Notes: a model not told the origin generated them from the sequence alone. A stretch of 64,000 nt of DNA from Phenylobacterium sp. (GCF_004799395.1 NZ_SSMZ01000080.1:5705-69704); one strand, 5' to 3'. Numbered from the stretch's first letter, positions 45,726 to 56,442 are shown. Made by a program: numbers and translations.

Positions 45726-47492
45726 ATGAACCGCCGCAACTTCATCGCCGCTGTGCCAGCCGCCGCATTTTCCGGCCGCGCATTCGCCACCAGCCGGCAG
45801 GAGAACCCGGTGCGGGATCGGCCGGATGTGCATGGCGGGGACCGGATCGACGGGGCGACATGGGCGTCGCGCAGTCCGGCCTGGGGGCTGCACGGGGCGG
45901 CGGCGACGGCGCATCCGCTGGCGACGCTGGCGGCCATCGAAATCCTCAAGGCCGGCGGCTCGGCGGTGGACGCCGCGGTCTGCGCCAACGCGGTGCTGGG
46001 CTTCGGCGAGCCGATCTCCTGCGGGGTCGGCGGCGACTGCTTCGCCATGCTCTGGGACCCCAAGAGCCGCAAGGTGCTGGGGATCAACGGTTCGGGACGC
46101 AGCCCCAAGACCCTGACGCTCGCCGAACAGCGCAAGCGCGCCAACGCCAAGGGCCTGATCAATTCCTACGGCGCCGTGTCGGTCAGCGTCCCGGGCGCGG
46201 TCGACGCCTGGTGGACCTTGCACCAGAGGTTCGGGAAGCTACCGTGGAAGGACCTCTTCCAGCCGGCCATCCGCCACGCCGAGGAAGGCGCTCCGGTCGT
46301 CCAGAACGTGGCCTTCTACGTCGGCTCCTCGGAACGGATTTTCAACAAGCCCGAAAGCCACATCGAGGAGGCGGCCAATTTCAACGCGCTTTGGGCTCCC
46401 GACGGCAAAACCCCGCGCGAGGGAGAGGTGTTCCGCAATCCGATGCTGGCCCACACCTACCGGCTGATCGCCGAGGGCGGCGGCCGCGCCTTCTACGAGG
46501 GCGAGATCGCCGACAGGATCGAGGCCTATTTCAAGCGCATCGGCGGCTGGATGACCAAGGCGGACCTCGCCGCCCACCAAACCGAATGGGTCGAACCGCA
46601 TTCGATCAACTACCGAGGGACCGACGTCTGGGGCCTGCCGCCCAACAGTCAGGGCCTCGTCACCCTGCAGATGCTCAACATCATGGAGCAGTTCGACATC
46701 AAGGGGATGGGCTTCCAGTCGGCCATGACCCTGCACCACGAGGTGGAAGCCAAGCGCCTGGCGTTCGAGGACCGGGCAAGGTTCTACGCCGACCCGAACT
46801 TCTACAAGCAGCCCACCGAGTGGCTGTTGTCGAAGGCGTACGCCAAGCAGCGTGCGGCCCTCATCCGGTCGGACAAGATCCTGGACCCCGCCTACGCCGG
46901 TCAGGCGCCAAGCCATGGCGACACCACCTATTTCACCGTCGCCGACAAGGACGGGATGATGGTCAGCCAGATCCAGTCCAACTACCGCGGCATGGGCTCG
47001 GGCCTGATGCCGGACGGGCTGGGCTTCATGTTCCAGAATCGCGGGGAACTGTTCGCGCTTCAGGACGGGCACCCCAACATCTATGCGCCGGGCAAGCGGC
47101 CGTTCCAGACCATCATCCCCGGCTTCGCCACCCGCGGCGGCGAGCCGGTGCTGAGCTTCGGCGTCATGGGCGGGGACATGCAGCCGCAGGGGCAGGCGCA
47201 AGTGATCTCCAACCTGATCGACTTCGATTTAGGCCTGCAGGAGGCGGGCGATGCGCCCCGCTGGCACCACGAGGGCGGCAACGAACCCACCGGCGAACAG
47301 CTGGGCAATCCCGGCAAGCTCAACCTGGAGACCGGCGTGCCGGACGCCACCAAGAAGGCGCTCGCCGAGCTCGGCTGGCCGCTCGCGCCCAACCCCGGCG
47401 TCTATGGTGGCTACGAGGCGATCCAGCGCCACCCCGGCCGCTACGCCGCCGCCACCGAGATGCGCAAGGACGGGACCGCGCTGGCTTACTGA
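45726..47492 (+). CDS. ggt: gamma-glutamyltransferase family protein, Tat-exported
   Basis: MNRRNFIAAVPAAAFSGRAFA. Autoprocessing/nucleophile context GDTTYFTVADKDG. GGSAVDAAV. Confidence 0.92.
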   Translation: MNRRNFIAAVPAAAFSGRAFATSRQENPVRDRPDVHGGDRIDGATWASRSPAWGLHGAAATAHPLATLAAIEILKAGGSAVDAAVCANAVLGFGEPISCGVGGDCFAMLWDPKSRKVLGINGSGRSPKTLTLAEQRKRANAKGLINSYGAVSVSVPGAVDAWWTLHQRFGKLPWKDLFQPAIRHAEEGAPVVQNVAFYVGSSERIFNKPESHIEEAANFNALWAPDGKTPREGEVFRNPMLAHTYRLIAEGGGRAFYEGEIADRIEAYFKRIGGWMTKADLAAHQTEWVEPHSINYRGTDVWGLPPNSQGLVTLQMLNIMEQFDIKGMGFQSAMTLHHEVEAKRLAFEDRARFYADPNFYKQPTEWLLSKAYAKQRAALIRSDKILDPAYAGQAPSHGDTTYFTVADKDGMMVSQIQSNYRGMGSGLMPDGLGFMFQNRGELFALQDGHPNIYAPGKRPFQTIIPGFATRGGEPVLSFGVMGGDMQPQGQAQVISNLIDFDLGLQEAGDAPRWHHEGGNEPTGEQLGNPGKLNLETGVPDATKKALAELGWPLAPNPGVYGGYEAIQRHPGRYAAATEMRKDGTALAY

Positions 47493-48070
47493 TGGCCCCG
47501 AGGTTCTTCGCCACCGCCGCAGAGTGGCGCGCCGGGCTGGAGGCCAACCACGCCACGGCGTCGGAGCTGTCGGTCGGCTTCTGGAAGGTGGGATCGGGCA
47601 AGGCTTCTATGACCTGGCCGCAGAGCGTGGACGAGGCGCTGAGCTTCGGCTGGATCGACGGCGTGCGGCACCGGATCGACGATACGGCCTACCGCATCCG
47701 CTTCACGCCGCGCAAAGCCGGCGGCGTCTGGAGCCAGGTGAACCTGAAGCGCTTCGCCGAGCTCGACGCGCAGGGCCGCATCTCGCGGGCCGGCCGCGCC
47801 GCCTGGGAAACCGGCAAGGCGCGGACCCAGGTCTATTCCTACGAGCGCCCGGCAGGCGAGCTGGCGGCCGACGAGCTGGCGGCGTTCCAGGGCCTCGCCG
47901 CCGCCTGGGCCTTCTTCCAGGCCCAGCCGCCGGGCTACCGCAAGCTCACCATCCACCGCATCCTGGCGGCCAAGACCGCGCCGACCCGGGCCCAGCGGCT
48001 GGCGCTGTTGATTGACGCATCGGGCGCGGGGCGCAGACTGGCGACCGCAACCCGGATGGAGCCGAAATGA
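47492..48070 (+). CDS. YdeI/OmpD-associated family protein
   Basis: ATG overlaps the ggt stop (TGATG). FATAAEWRAGLEANH...VDEALSFGWIDGVRHRIDDTAYRIRFTPRK. It appears only as the tail of an out-of-frame 736-aa track ORF. Confidence 0.75.
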   Translation: MAPRFFATAAEWRAGLEANHATASELSVGFWKVGSGKASMTWPQSVDEALSFGWIDGVRHRIDDTAYRIRFTPRKAGGVWSQVNLKRFAELDAQGRISRAGRAAWETGKARTQVYSYERPAGELAADELAAFQGLAAAWAFFQAQPPGYRKLTIHRILAAKTAPTRAQRLALLIDASGAGRRLATATRMEPK

Positions 48071-48414
48071 CCGCCGACGAAATGGACGCCATCGTCATGG
48101 CCTTCCCGATGGCTGAGAAGGGGATCAGCTACGGCCGGCCGTCCTACAAGGTGAACGGCAAGTTCTTCACCCGGCTGCGCCGCGAGGACGAGTCCATGGT
48201 GCTGATGGAGGTGAGCTTCGACGAGCGCGAGATGCTGCTGGAGGCCGAGCCTGGCACTTTCCACTTCACCGCGCACTACAAGGACTACCCGGCGGTGCTG
48301 GCGCGGATCGCCGCCCTGCACCCCGGCTCGCTGAAGGGTTTCCTCGAACGCCGCTGGCGCAAGGTCGCGCCGAAGAAGCTGGTCAAAGAGTACGACGCGG
48401 CGAACGGCGCCTGA
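48067..48414 (+). CDS. MmcQ/YjbR-family protein (second copy)
   Basis: ATGA overlap with ydeI. FPMAEKGISYGRPSYKVNGKFFTRL... Confidence 0.75.
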   Translation: MTADEMDAIVMAFPMAEKGISYGRPSYKVNGKFFTRLRREDESMVLMEVSFDEREMLLEAEPGTFHFTAHYKDYPAVLARIAALHPGSLKGFLERRWRKVAPKKLVKEYDAANGA

Positions 48415-48522
48415 GCCCTGACGTCGCAGGGGCCCGCGCGGCGTAGCGGCGGCGCTCACCTTTTGGTAGGCAATCTGCAACTTATAAGCGAACAGCGGCA
48501 ATGGCGCCGGAGTACCTCAGGC

Positions 48523-49152
48523 GTGCAGCGTTTCATCTTGCAGCAGAACATCGACCGGTTCCGGGCGCGTATGGCCGGCTCGGTGGACGAGGGCGACCGG
48601 CGCCGCGTCCAGGCCATGCTGGCCACGGTCGAGCGGGAGCTTGCCCTGTTGGAGGCCACCGAGGCCGGCGCCGGCGCACCGCCCTGGCCGATCGGCGCCA
48701 GGGAGAGCCTCGCCTCCAGCCAGGCCGGGTTTGTCGCCAACTTCCGCCGCGAGTTCGGCGCCTCCCCGCGTGTCGCCTATCTCATCGACCCAGCGCCCGG
48801 CCTGAACTTCGTGGACGTGAATGCGGCCTTCGAGGCGGCCACCGGGCTGCTGCGAGATGAGGTCGTCGGCCGGCCGCTGTTCATGATGTTCCCGGAAAAC
48901 CCCGGCGATGAGACCGCCGGCGGCGTCTCGCACATTTACGCCTCGCTGCGCAGGGTCGCCGAGACGGGGCGGCCGCACGCCATGCCGGTGCTGCGCTACG
49001 ATGTGCGCGACGCCCATGGGCTGTTTGTTGAGCGCCACTGGCGGCTGGTGAACACCCCGCTGCACAACGAAGACGGACGGCTGATCTACCTGTTGCACAT
49101 CGTCGATGAAGTGACCGACGAGATCCTCAAGGCTCGACCTTCGGCCGCCTAG
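48523..49152 (+). CDS. PAS-domain protein
   Basis: GTG at 48523 (VQRFILQQNIDRFRA...; track start 48463). PAS core FVDVNAAFEAATGLLRDEVVGRPLFMMFPE...HWRLVNTPLHNEDGRLIYLLH. Confidence 0.75.
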   Translation: MQRFILQQNIDRFRARMAGSVDEGDRRRVQAMLATVERELALLEATEAGAGAPPWPIGARESLASSQAGFVANFRREFGASPRVAYLIDPAPGLNFVDVNAAFEAATGLLRDEVVGRPLFMMFPENPGDETAGGVSHIYASLRRVAETGRPHAMPVLRYDVRDAHGLFVERHWRLVNTPLHNEDGRLIYLLHIVDEVTDEILKARPSAA

Positions 49153-49379
49153 AACTCGTCCTCGATGCTGGCGCGGAACTGCTCGAAGACCTCCCTGGCG
49201 CGTTCCTCCGGCGTCTGCTGTGGGTCGGCCTGGGTGGGCGGAGCCGGTCCGGCGGCGGCGCCGGTCAGGCGGCCGACCACCGCGCCGTTCTGCACCAGCA
49301 ACACCTCCTCGCCCGCCTCCGTCCCGGCCAGCAGGGCGGCGAGTTTGGGCGGCAGGTCATCGAGGTCGATGCGCTTCAT
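49149..49379 (-). CDS. small protein with Phd/YefM-antitoxin-like N-terminus
   Basis: LPPKLAALLAGTEAGEEVLLVQNGAVVGRL resembles the antitoxin beta-alpha-beta core. The tail is acidic. No toxin gene is adjacent. Confidence 0.45.
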   Translation of the reverse strand: MKRIDLDDLPPKLAALLAGTEAGEEVLLVQNGAVVGRLTGAAAGPAPPTQADPQQTPEERAREVFEQFRASIEDEF

Positions 49380-49440
49380 GGCGCCGATCCTAGACCCGGC
49401 GCGGCCGCGCCTCTAGGGTCCGGCCCGGTTCGGAGGGGCC

Positions 49441-50967
49441 ATGGCCTACAAGTCGCTGCGCGAATTCCTGAAGACGCTCGAGGCGGCGGGCGAACTGGTG
49501 CGCGTCACCGAGCCGGTCTCGACTGTCCTGCAGATGACCGAGATCCACCGCCGACTGCTGGCGCAGGGCGGCCCTGCAGTGCTGTTCGAGAACGTCATCC
49601 GCGCCGACGGCGAACGTTCGCCGATGCCCTGCCTGATAAACCTGTTCGGGACGGTGAAGCGGGTGGCCATGGGCGTGACGCTGGAGGGCCGCGCACGGAC
49701 CACGGCGGCCGACCTGCGCGAGGTCGGCGAGTTGCTGGCCTTCCTTCGCGCGCCGGAGCCGCCGCGGGGCTTCAAAGACGCCATGGAAATGCTGCCGCTC
49801 GCCAAGACGGTGATGTCCATGCGCCCGGCGACGGTGAAGTCCGCACCGGTGCAGCAGGTGGTCTGGACCGGCGACAAGATCGATCTCAACAAGCTGCCGA
49901 TCCAGACCTGCTGGCCAGGTGAACCGGCGCCGCTGATCACCTGGCCGCTGGTGGTCACCAAGGGTCCGTCCACGACGCGCGAGGACGACTATAACCTCGG
50001 CATCTACCGCATGCAGGTGACCGGCAAGGACACCACCATCATGCGCTGGCTGGCCCACCGCGGCGGCGCCCAGCACCACCGCCGTTGGAAGGCCGAAGGC
50101 AAGCGCGAGCCCCTGCCCGCCTGCGCGGTCATCGGCGCCGATCCCGGCACGATACTCGCCGCCGTGACACCGGTCCCGGACACGCTGTCCGAGTACCAGT
50201 TCGCCGGCCTGCTGCGCGGCGCCAAGGTCGACCTGGTTCCGGCCAAGACCGTGCCGCTCCTGGTGCCGGCCCAGGCGGAAATCGTGATAGAAGGTCATGT
50301 ATTACTTGATGAATATGCCGACGAGGGCCCCTACGGCGACCACACCGGCTACTACAATTCCGTCGAGCGGTTCCCGATCTTCCAGGTCAGCGCCATCACC
50401 ATGCGCAGGGACCCGATCTACCTGACCACCTTCACGGGCCGACCGCCGGACGAGCCCTCGGTTCTGGGCGAGGCGCTGAACGAGGTGTTCATCCCGTTGT
50501 TGCGCCAGCAGTTCCCGGAGATCGTCGACTTCTGGCTGCCGCCGGAGGGCTGTTCCTACCGGATCGCCGTGGTGTCGATGAAGAAGGCCTACGCCGGCCA
50601 CGCCAAGCGCGTGATGATGGGAGTCTGGAGCTATCTGCGGCAGTTCATGTACACCAAGTGGGTGATCGTCGTGGACGACGACATAAACGCCCGCGACTGG
50701 AAGGACGTCATGTGGGCGATCTCCACCCGCATGGACCCGGCCCGCGACATTACCGTCGTCGAGAACACCCCCATCGACTACCTGGACTTCGCCTCGCCTG
50801 AGAGCGGCCTGGGCTCGAAGATCGGCCTCGACGCCACCGACAAATGGCCGCCGGAAACCCACCGCGAGTGGGGCCGCAAGCTCGCCATGGACGAGGCCAC
50901 GGTGGCGGACGTCAGCGAGATGTGGGCGCGCCTGGGCCTCCCGGGCTCCGGAAAGCCGGTCGGTTGA
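49441..50967 (+). CDS. ubiD: UbiD-family decarboxylase (4-hydroxy-3-polyprenylbenzoate decarboxylase)
   Basis: 508 aa, [22 protein letters not shown]..., [10 protein letters not shown]. Confidence 0.93.
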   Translation: MAYKSLREFLKTLEAAGELVRVTEPVSTVLQMTEIHRRLLAQGGPAVLFENVIRADGERSPMPCLINLFGTVKRVAMGVTLEGRARTTAADLREVGELLAFLRAPEPPRGFKDAMEMLPLAKTVMSMRPATVKSAPVQQVVWTGDKIDLNKLPIQTCWPGEPAPLITWPLVVTKGPSTTREDDYNLGIYRMQVTGKDTTIMRWLAHRGGAQHHRRWKAEGKREPLPACAVIGADPGTILAAVTPVPDTLSEYQFAGLLRGAKVDLVPAKTVPLLVPAQAEIVIEGHVLLDEYADEGPYGDHTGYYNSVERFPIFQVSAITMRRDPIYLTTFTGRPPDEPSVLGEALNEVFIPLLRQQFPEIVDFWLPPEGCSYRIAVVSMKKAYAGHAKRVMMGVWSYLRQFMYTKWVIVVDDDINARDWKDVMWAISTRMDPARDITVVENTPIDYLDFASPESGLGSKIGLDATDKWPPETHREWGRKLAMDEATVADVSEMWARLGLPGSGKPVG

Positions 50968-51019
50968 GCTTGCGGGTCGCCGCGAAGCGCGCGCAGGTTC
51001 GCGGCTGAGGGAAAACGCC

Positions 51020-51421
51020 ATGGACGCCATGCCTTCCGCCCACGCCGCCGCCCTATGGGTCGGACTGCATCTGATCCTGCTCCTGGTGCTGTCGGTGCTG
51101 GTGGTGCGCCAGCGGCGCAAGCATCAGGTGGTGCTTGGCGACGCCGATATCCCGCAGCTGGCCCAGGCGGTGCGGGCTTTCGGCAACGCCACGGAGTATG
51201 TGCCGGGCGGCCTGATCGCCATCGCCGTGCTGGCGATGGCCGGTGCGCCGCCGATGGTGGTGCACGCCGTGGGGCTGACCCTGTTCGCGGGCCGGGTGGG
51301 CCATGCGGTGGGCCTCAGCCGCAGCGGCGGCTCCTCGATCTTGCGTTCGGCGGGCGTGATCCTGACCTGGCTGGCCTATATCCTGGGCGGGGTCGCGCTG
51401 ATCTTCTACGCGATACCTTAG
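51020..51421 (+). CDS. MAPEG-family membrane protein
   Basis: 133 aa, 4 TM helices, RAFGNATEYVP. Confidence 0.8.
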   Translation: MDAMPSAHAAALWVGLHLILLLVLSVLVVRQRRKHQVVLGDADIPQLAQAVRAFGNATEYVPGGLIAIAVLAMAGAPPMVVHAVGLTLFAGRVGHAVGLSRSGGSSILRSAGVILTWLAYILGGVALIFYAIP

Positions 51422-51448
51422 CTTGTTCCTGGCCCCGGGCTCCGCCAT

Positions 51449-52789
51449 ATGGCCGCCATGGACGAAAACCTGCTGAACGACGTGGTGGCCGCCGCCCTGG
51501 CCGCCGGCGCCGATGCCGCCGAGGCCGTGGGCGCCGAGCGCCGCGCCCTTTCGATCACCGTGCGCAACGGCGAGCTCGAGGAAGTCGAGCGCGAGGAGAG
51601 CCGCGACCTGGGCCTGCGGGTCTTCATCGGCCAGCGCCAGGCCTCCGTCTCCGGTTCGGATGTGAGCAGCGAGGCCCGCGCCAAGCTGGTGGCCCGCGTC
51701 GTGGCCATGGCGCGGCTGGCCCCCGAGGATCCCTACGCGAGCCTCGCCGATCCCGAGCGGCTGGCCCGTGGGCCGCTGGCCGACCTCGACCTCTATGACC
51801 CGGCCGAGCCTGAGCCCGAAGCTCTGGAAGCCAGGGCGCGCATCGCCGAGGCAGCGGCCCGCGCGGTGCCGAAGGTGACCAATTCCGATGGCGGCTCGGC
51901 GAGCTGGTCGGCTGGCCAGTGGCGGATTGTCACCACCGCAGGCTTCTCGGGCCTGCACCGGGCCTCCTCGTTCTCGCTGGGGGCCTCGGCCATCGCCGGC
52001 GACGCCGACGGCATGGAGACCGGCTACGACGGCCGCTCGGTCCGCTGGCAAGGCGACCTCCCGGACGCGGCGGCCATCGGGACAGAGGCCGGCTCCCGGG
52101 CCGCCGGCCGGCTCGGCGCGCGCAAGATCCAATCCACCACGGCGCCGGTGATCTTTGAGAACCGCCTGGCGGCCTCGCTGCTGGGTCCGCTGATCGGCGC
52201 CGTCTCCGGCCCTTCGATCGCGCGCGGCACCTCATTCCTGAAGGAGAAACTGGGCCAGCCGGTGTTCGCCAAGGGCGTCGCCGTCACCGACGACCCGCAC
52301 CGCCTGCGCGGCCTGGGCTCCTCGCCCTTCGACGACGAAGGCGTCGCCAACGGCAAGATCAGCCTGGTCGACGACGGCGTGCTGACCACCTGGCTCCTGA
52401 ACACCTCCTCGGCCCGCCAGCTGGGCCTGGCGACCACCGGTCACGCCTCGCGCGGCCTCGCGGGACCGCCCGGCGTCGGGCCGTCGAACCTGACCCTGGT
52501 TCCAGGGACCCGCAGCCAGGCGGAGCTGATGGCCGACGCCGGCGCGGGCTTGCTGGTCACCTCGATGTTCGGGCCTTCGCTGAACGGCAACACCGGCGAC
52601 TGGTCGGTGGGCTGCTCGGGCTTCTGGTTCGAGAGCGGGCAGGTCGCCTATCCGGTCAACGAGATCACCGTGGCGGGCAATCTGATCGACATCTACGCCC
52701 GCCTGGTCCCCGGCGCCGACCTGGAGATCAGGGGCGCCTCGAATGCGCCCTCGATCCTGGTCGACAACCTGGCGATCGCCGGCCTCTAG
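51449..52789 (+). CDS. pmbA: metalloprotease PmbA/TldE
   Basis: 446 aa. Overall PmbA pattern (LGLRVFIGQRQASVS..., GDWSVGCSGFWFESG). Confidence 0.92.
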   Translation: MAAMDENLLNDVVAAALAAGADAAEAVGAERRALSITVRNGELEEVEREESRDLGLRVFIGQRQASVSGSDVSSEARAKLVARVVAMARLAPEDPYASLADPERLARGPLADLDLYDPAEPEPEALEARARIAEAAARAVPKVTNSDGGSASWSAGQWRIVTTAGFSGLHRASSFSLGASAIAGDADGMETGYDGRSVRWQGDLPDAAAIGTEAGSRAAGRLGARKIQSTTAPVIFENRLAASLLGPLIGAVSGPSIARGTSFLKEKLGQPVFAKGVAVTDDPHRLRGLGSSPFDDEGVANGKISLVDDGVLTTWLLNTSSARQLGLATTGHASRGLAGPPGVGPSNLTLVPGTRSQAELMADAGAGLLVTSMFGPSLNGNTGDWSVGCSGFWFESGQVAYPVNEITVAGNLIDIYARLVPGADLEIRGASNAPSILVDNLAIAGL

Positions 52790-52883
52790 GGCACGGCCCA
52801 TTGATCCCAAGGCGGCGGGAGCCTATCGGCTGCGCCAAAGCGCGTGCGCGCATCTCCACGACCCGAAAAGACCTGAGACCTCC

Positions 52884-53138
52884 ATGCCCGACAAACAGCT
52901 CCTCCACCTGGTGATCGGCGGCGAACTGAAGGCCCTCGACGGCCCCGCCGAGTTCCGCGACCTGACCAAGGTCGACCTGGTGGGCGCCTATCCGAACTAC
53001 ACTCAGGCGCTAGCCGCCTGGCGCGGCAAGGCCCAGTCGACGGTGGACAATGCGCTGATGCGCTACTTCATCATCCACGCCCACAAGCTGCTCGACCCAG
53101 ACTCGGACCACGACCACGACCACGGGCACGACCACTAG
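52884..53138 (+). CDS. DUF4170-domain protein with His/Asp C-terminal tail
   Basis: ATG at 52884. LHLVIGGELKALD...FRDLTKVDLVGAYPNY...ALMRYFIIHAHKLLDP, ending DSDHDHDHGHDH. Confidence 0.7.
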   Translation: MPDKQLLHLVIGGELKALDGPAEFRDLTKVDLVGAYPNYTQALAAWRGKAQSTVDNALMRYFIIHAHKLLDPDSDHDHDHGHDH

Positions 53139-53141
53139 CGG

Positions 53142-53825
53142 CTATTCGCGCCGCAGCAGCTTCTCCGTCAGCACCGAGCCCAGCATGCCGGCGCGGAAAT
53201 CGGCCTTCATGCCGGCGGGGTCGTACATCGGGCTCTCGACCCATTCGAGGAACGACATGCCGGCGGGCTCGCCCTCCCCGAGGTAGCGCTCGAAGACGTA
53301 GTCCAGCACGCCGGTCTTGCCCTGCTTCACGTGCAGATAGCGGATGTGCAGCTGATCCAGGGCCTCGCGGATCGGTAGGCCCTTGTGGAGGTGCATGTAG
53401 AGCACGCTCATGATCCCCGCGCGGTCCGCGCCGGACTTGCAGTGGATCAGGGCCGGATAGGCGATGGTCTCATAGAGCCGCTTGGCGCCCAGCACCCGGT
53501 CGCGGCTGGGGACTTCGCGCGATGTGATGGTGAAATCGACCATCTCCAGGCCGAGTCTGCGGCAGGCGTCCTTTTCCAGGGCGTGGAAGCTGGCGTCGAA
53601 CCCGCCGCGCAGATTGACGATGGTCTTGATCCCACGCGCCTTCCAGGCGGCCAGCTGGTGCGGCCAGGGCTGGTTAGTGCGCACCAGGTCCTCGGAGATC
53701 CAGTGGGCGTTCTGGAAGCCGAGCCGCAGATAGGCGTGGTCGTTCCACAGGTAGTCCGCATAGGTCTTGAACCGCCCACCCGGGGTGGCGAGGTCGAATC
53801 CAGGCTTGGTTGGCGCAAGCGTCAT
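53142..53825 (-). CDS. protein tyrosine/dual-specificity phosphatase family protein
   Basis: CX5R loop HCKSGADRAG. Confidence 0.85.
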   Translation of the reverse strand: MTLAPTKPGFDLATPGGRFKTYADYLWNDHAYLRLGFQNAHWISEDLVRTNQPWPHQLAAWKARGIKTIVNLRGGFDASFHALEKDACRRLGLEMVDFTITSREVPSRDRVLGAKRLYETIAYPALIHCKSGADRAGIMSVLYMHLHKGLPIREALDQLHIRYLHVKQGKTGVLDYVFERYLGEGEPAGMSFLEWVESPMYDPAGMKADFRAGMLGSVLTEKLLRRE

Positions 53826-53943
53826 GGCGCCCCATCTAAGGGTTCCGCCGCCCCGACGGAAGCTGTGGCGCTCATACGATGACGCCGCACCTCGGCAGGC
53901 CGGCCGCTTGACTCCAACCCCGCATCGGACGACCCCAAGCCGT

Positions 53944-55731
53944 ATGACTGCGCCCGAACCGCCCGAGCTTAGCGCCCGCGCCCTGATCGGCCGGGTGGCG
54001 CGGATTTACCTGTTGCCGCGCTGGAAGGGCTGGATCACCGCCTTCCTGGCGGCCATCGTCAGCGCGTTCTTCACGACCGAGCTGGCCCAGATCCTGGAGC
54101 CGGCGACCAACGACCTGTTCGTCAACCACAAGCCCGGCCAACTCGTCCGGCTGCCGCTGATGATCGTGGCGATCGCGGTGGCGCGCCTGGCCGCATCGAT
54201 CGTACAGGCCTCGCTGGTCAACCGCATGGGCAATGGCGTGGTGGGCGATGTGCAGGTGCAGCTCTTTGGCCGCATGGTGCGCGCCGACCTCGCCCGTATC
54301 CGCAGCCAGCATTCTGGGTCCTATGTGGCGTCGGTGCTCTATGACGCCGGCCTGATCCGCGAGGCGGTGACCTCGGGCGTCATCAACTACACGCGCGAAC
54401 TCCTGATCGTGATCGGGGCGTTCACGGTGATGATCGGCAACGACCGCTGGCTGACCATCGGGGTCGTCGTCGTCGCGCCGCTCGCGGTCGCCATCATGCG
54501 CCGTTTCTCCAAGCGCTCCAGCAAGGCCGCCCGCGGGGCCATGGCCGAAACCTCGGCGCTATCGACGGCGATCATGGAGAGCCTGGACGGGGTCCGCATC
54601 GTCAAGATCGAGAACCGCGAGACCTATGAGGAAGACCGCGTCGCCGAAGTGGTGACACGCCGCCAGAGCCACCTGATCAAGGGCGCCAATGCGCGGGCCT
54701 TCGCCGCGCCTTCCACAGAGCTGGTGATGACGCTGCTGACGGCGGCGGTGCTGGCCTACGCCGGCTGGCGATCGCAGCAAGGCCACATGACCGCTGGAGC
54801 GTTCGTGTCGTTCATGGCGGCGCTGGCCATGGGCTCGCAGTCGCTACGGCAGGTGGCCAACCTGCAGACCGTATTCGCCGAAGGCATGGCTGCGATGCGC
54901 CGCCTCTTCACTGCGCTCGACGTCGAGCCGGAGGTGCGCGAGCACGCCGGCGCGGGGGTCCTCACGCTCAGCGGCGGCGCCGTGCGGCTGGAAAAGGTCA
55001 GCTTCCGCTACGAGGGCCATGGCCCGGCGATCCTCAACAGCGTCTCGCTGGAAGCCCGGCGCGGCGAGACCGTGGCCCTGGTCGGCCCTTCCGGCGGCGG
55101 CAAGAGCACGATCCTGAACCTGATTCCCCGCTTCTATGACCCGACCGAGGGCCGCGTGACCCTCGACGGCGTGGACGTTCGCGACGTGACGCTGAAGTCC
55201 TTGCGCAGCCAGATCGCGCTGGTCACCCAGGAAGCCTTCCTGTTCGACGACACCATTCGCGCCAACATCGCCTACGCCCGGCCTGACGCCAGCGCCGAGG
55301 CCGTGGAGCTGGCGGCGCGCGAGGCCGCGGCCCACGACTTCATCTTGGGCCTGCCCAAGGGCTATGACACCCAGGTCGGCGAGGCTGGCGCGCGGCTCTC
55401 CGGCGGGCAGCGGCAACGCATCGCCATCGCCCGCGCCTTCCTCAAGGACGCCCCGATCCTGCTGCTGGACGAGGCCACCAGTGCGCTGGACACCGAGAGC
55501 GAGGCCCAGGTGCAGGCGGCCCTGAAGCGGCTGATGGCCGGCCGCGCCACCATCCTGATCGCCCACCGTCTGTCGACCGTGCGCGGCGCGGACCGCATCT
55601 ACGTCCTCGACAAGGGGCGGATCGTGGAGACTGGCGACCATGCCTCCCTGGTCCGCAAGCGCGGCCTCTACGCCCGCCTGGCCCGCAACCAGGACCTGGA
55701 GCCCGAGGCCGCGCCGGAGCCGGCGGCTTGA
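53944..55731 (+). CDS. msbA: lipid A export ABC transporter permease/ATPase
   Basis: ATG at 53944. 6 TM helices, then GPSGGGKST, LSGGQRQRIAIARA and ILLLDEATSALD. Context with DUF374-waaA-lpxK. Confidence 0.88.
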   Translation: MTAPEPPELSARALIGRVARIYLLPRWKGWITAFLAAIVSAFFTTELAQILEPATNDLFVNHKPGQLVRLPLMIVAIAVARLAASIVQASLVNRMGNGVVGDVQVQLFGRMVRADLARIRSQHSGSYVASVLYDAGLIREAVTSGVINYTRELLIVIGAFTVMIGNDRWLTIGVVVVAPLAVAIMRRFSKRSSKAARGAMAETSALSTAIMESLDGVRIVKIENRETYEEDRVAEVVTRRQSHLIKGANARAFAAPSTELVMTLLTAAVLAYAGWRSQQGHMTAGAFVSFMAALAMGSQSLRQVANLQTVFAEGMAAMRRLFTALDVEPEVREHAGAGVLTLSGGAVRLEKVSFRYEGHGPAILNSVSLEARRGETVALVGPSGGGKSTILNLIPRFYDPTEGRVTLDGVDVRDVTLKSLRSQIALVTQEAFLFDDTIRANIAYARPDASAEAVELAAREAAAHDFILGLPKGYDTQVGEAGARLSGGQRQRIAIARAFLKDAPILLLDEATSALDTESEAQVQAALKRLMAGRATILIAHRLSTVRGADRIYVLDKGRIVETGDHASLVRKRGLYARLARNQDLEPEAAPEPAA

Positions 55732-56432
55732 AGAAGCTGCTGCGCAGCGACGCTGTCCAGAACCTGCTGGGCTGGCTGTTGGGGATCTATATCCGCCTGA
55801 TCCTGCACACGGTGCGCTGGCGGCACGTGAACCTGGAGTGCGTCGAGCCGGTCCTGTCCGGGAACGCCGGCGCCGTGGCCCTGTTCTGGCATGGCCGCAT
55901 TCCGCTTTGCCTGGCCACGGCGCCGCAGTGGTGGCGCAAGAACACCAAGGCGATGATCTCGCCCTCGGCGGATGGCCAGTTCATCGCCACCGCCCTCGAG
56001 ATGGCGGGTTTTCCAGGCGTGCGCATCTCCACCGCCAAGCCGGGCGACACGGCCAAGGCGCGCCAGGCGGTGGTGGCCTTCCGCGAGGCGATCAACCACG
56101 TGGCCGCGGGAGGGGCTCTGGTGGTGACCCCGGACGGGCCGCGTGGGCCGAACGAGGTGATCGCGCCCGGGGCGCTGCAGATCGCCAAGCGTTCGAAGCA
56201 GCCGGTCTTCCTGATGGGCATAGCGGCCAGTCCGGCCATCCAGCTGAACGGCTGGGACAAGATCATGTTTGCAGCCCCCTTCGGCCGCGGCGCCGTGGTG
56301 TGGGACGGCCCGCTCCATGTGCCGGACGGGATCGACGAGGCGGGCTCCGAGGCATTGCTCGCCCAATGGTCGGCCCGCCTCTCAGCGGTCACCCGACAGG
56401 CGGAAGCCCTGGTGGGACGTCGCGCCGGCTAG
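55728..56432 (+). CDS. DUF374-domain (lysophospholipid acyltransferase-like) protein
   Basis: TTG start overlapping the msbA stop (TTGA). ALFWHGRI...ISPSADGQFIA...VVTPDGPRGP. Confidence 0.85.
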   Translation: MKKLLRSDAVQNLLGWLLGIYIRLILHTVRWRHVNLECVEPVLSGNAGAVALFWHGRIPLCLATAPQWWRKNTKAMISPSADGQFIATALEMAGFPGVRISTAKPGDTAKARQAVVAFREAINHVAAGGALVVTPDGPRGPNEVIAPGALQIAKRSKQPVFLMGIAASPAIQLNGWDKIMFAAPFGRGAVVWDGPLHVPDGIDEAGSEALLAQWSARLSAVTRQAEALVGRRAG

Positions 56433-56442
56433 CACCCCGGCC

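Noticed and set aside
45860-48070. 736-aa plus-strand ORF
   Set aside because: It is out of frame with ggt over most of its length. Only the last 193 codons (47492-48070, the YdeI family gene) are genuine coding sequence.
49149-49379. Type II toxin-antitoxin module
   Set aside because: Only an antitoxin-like N-terminus is present. No toxin-sized partner ORF lies on either side.
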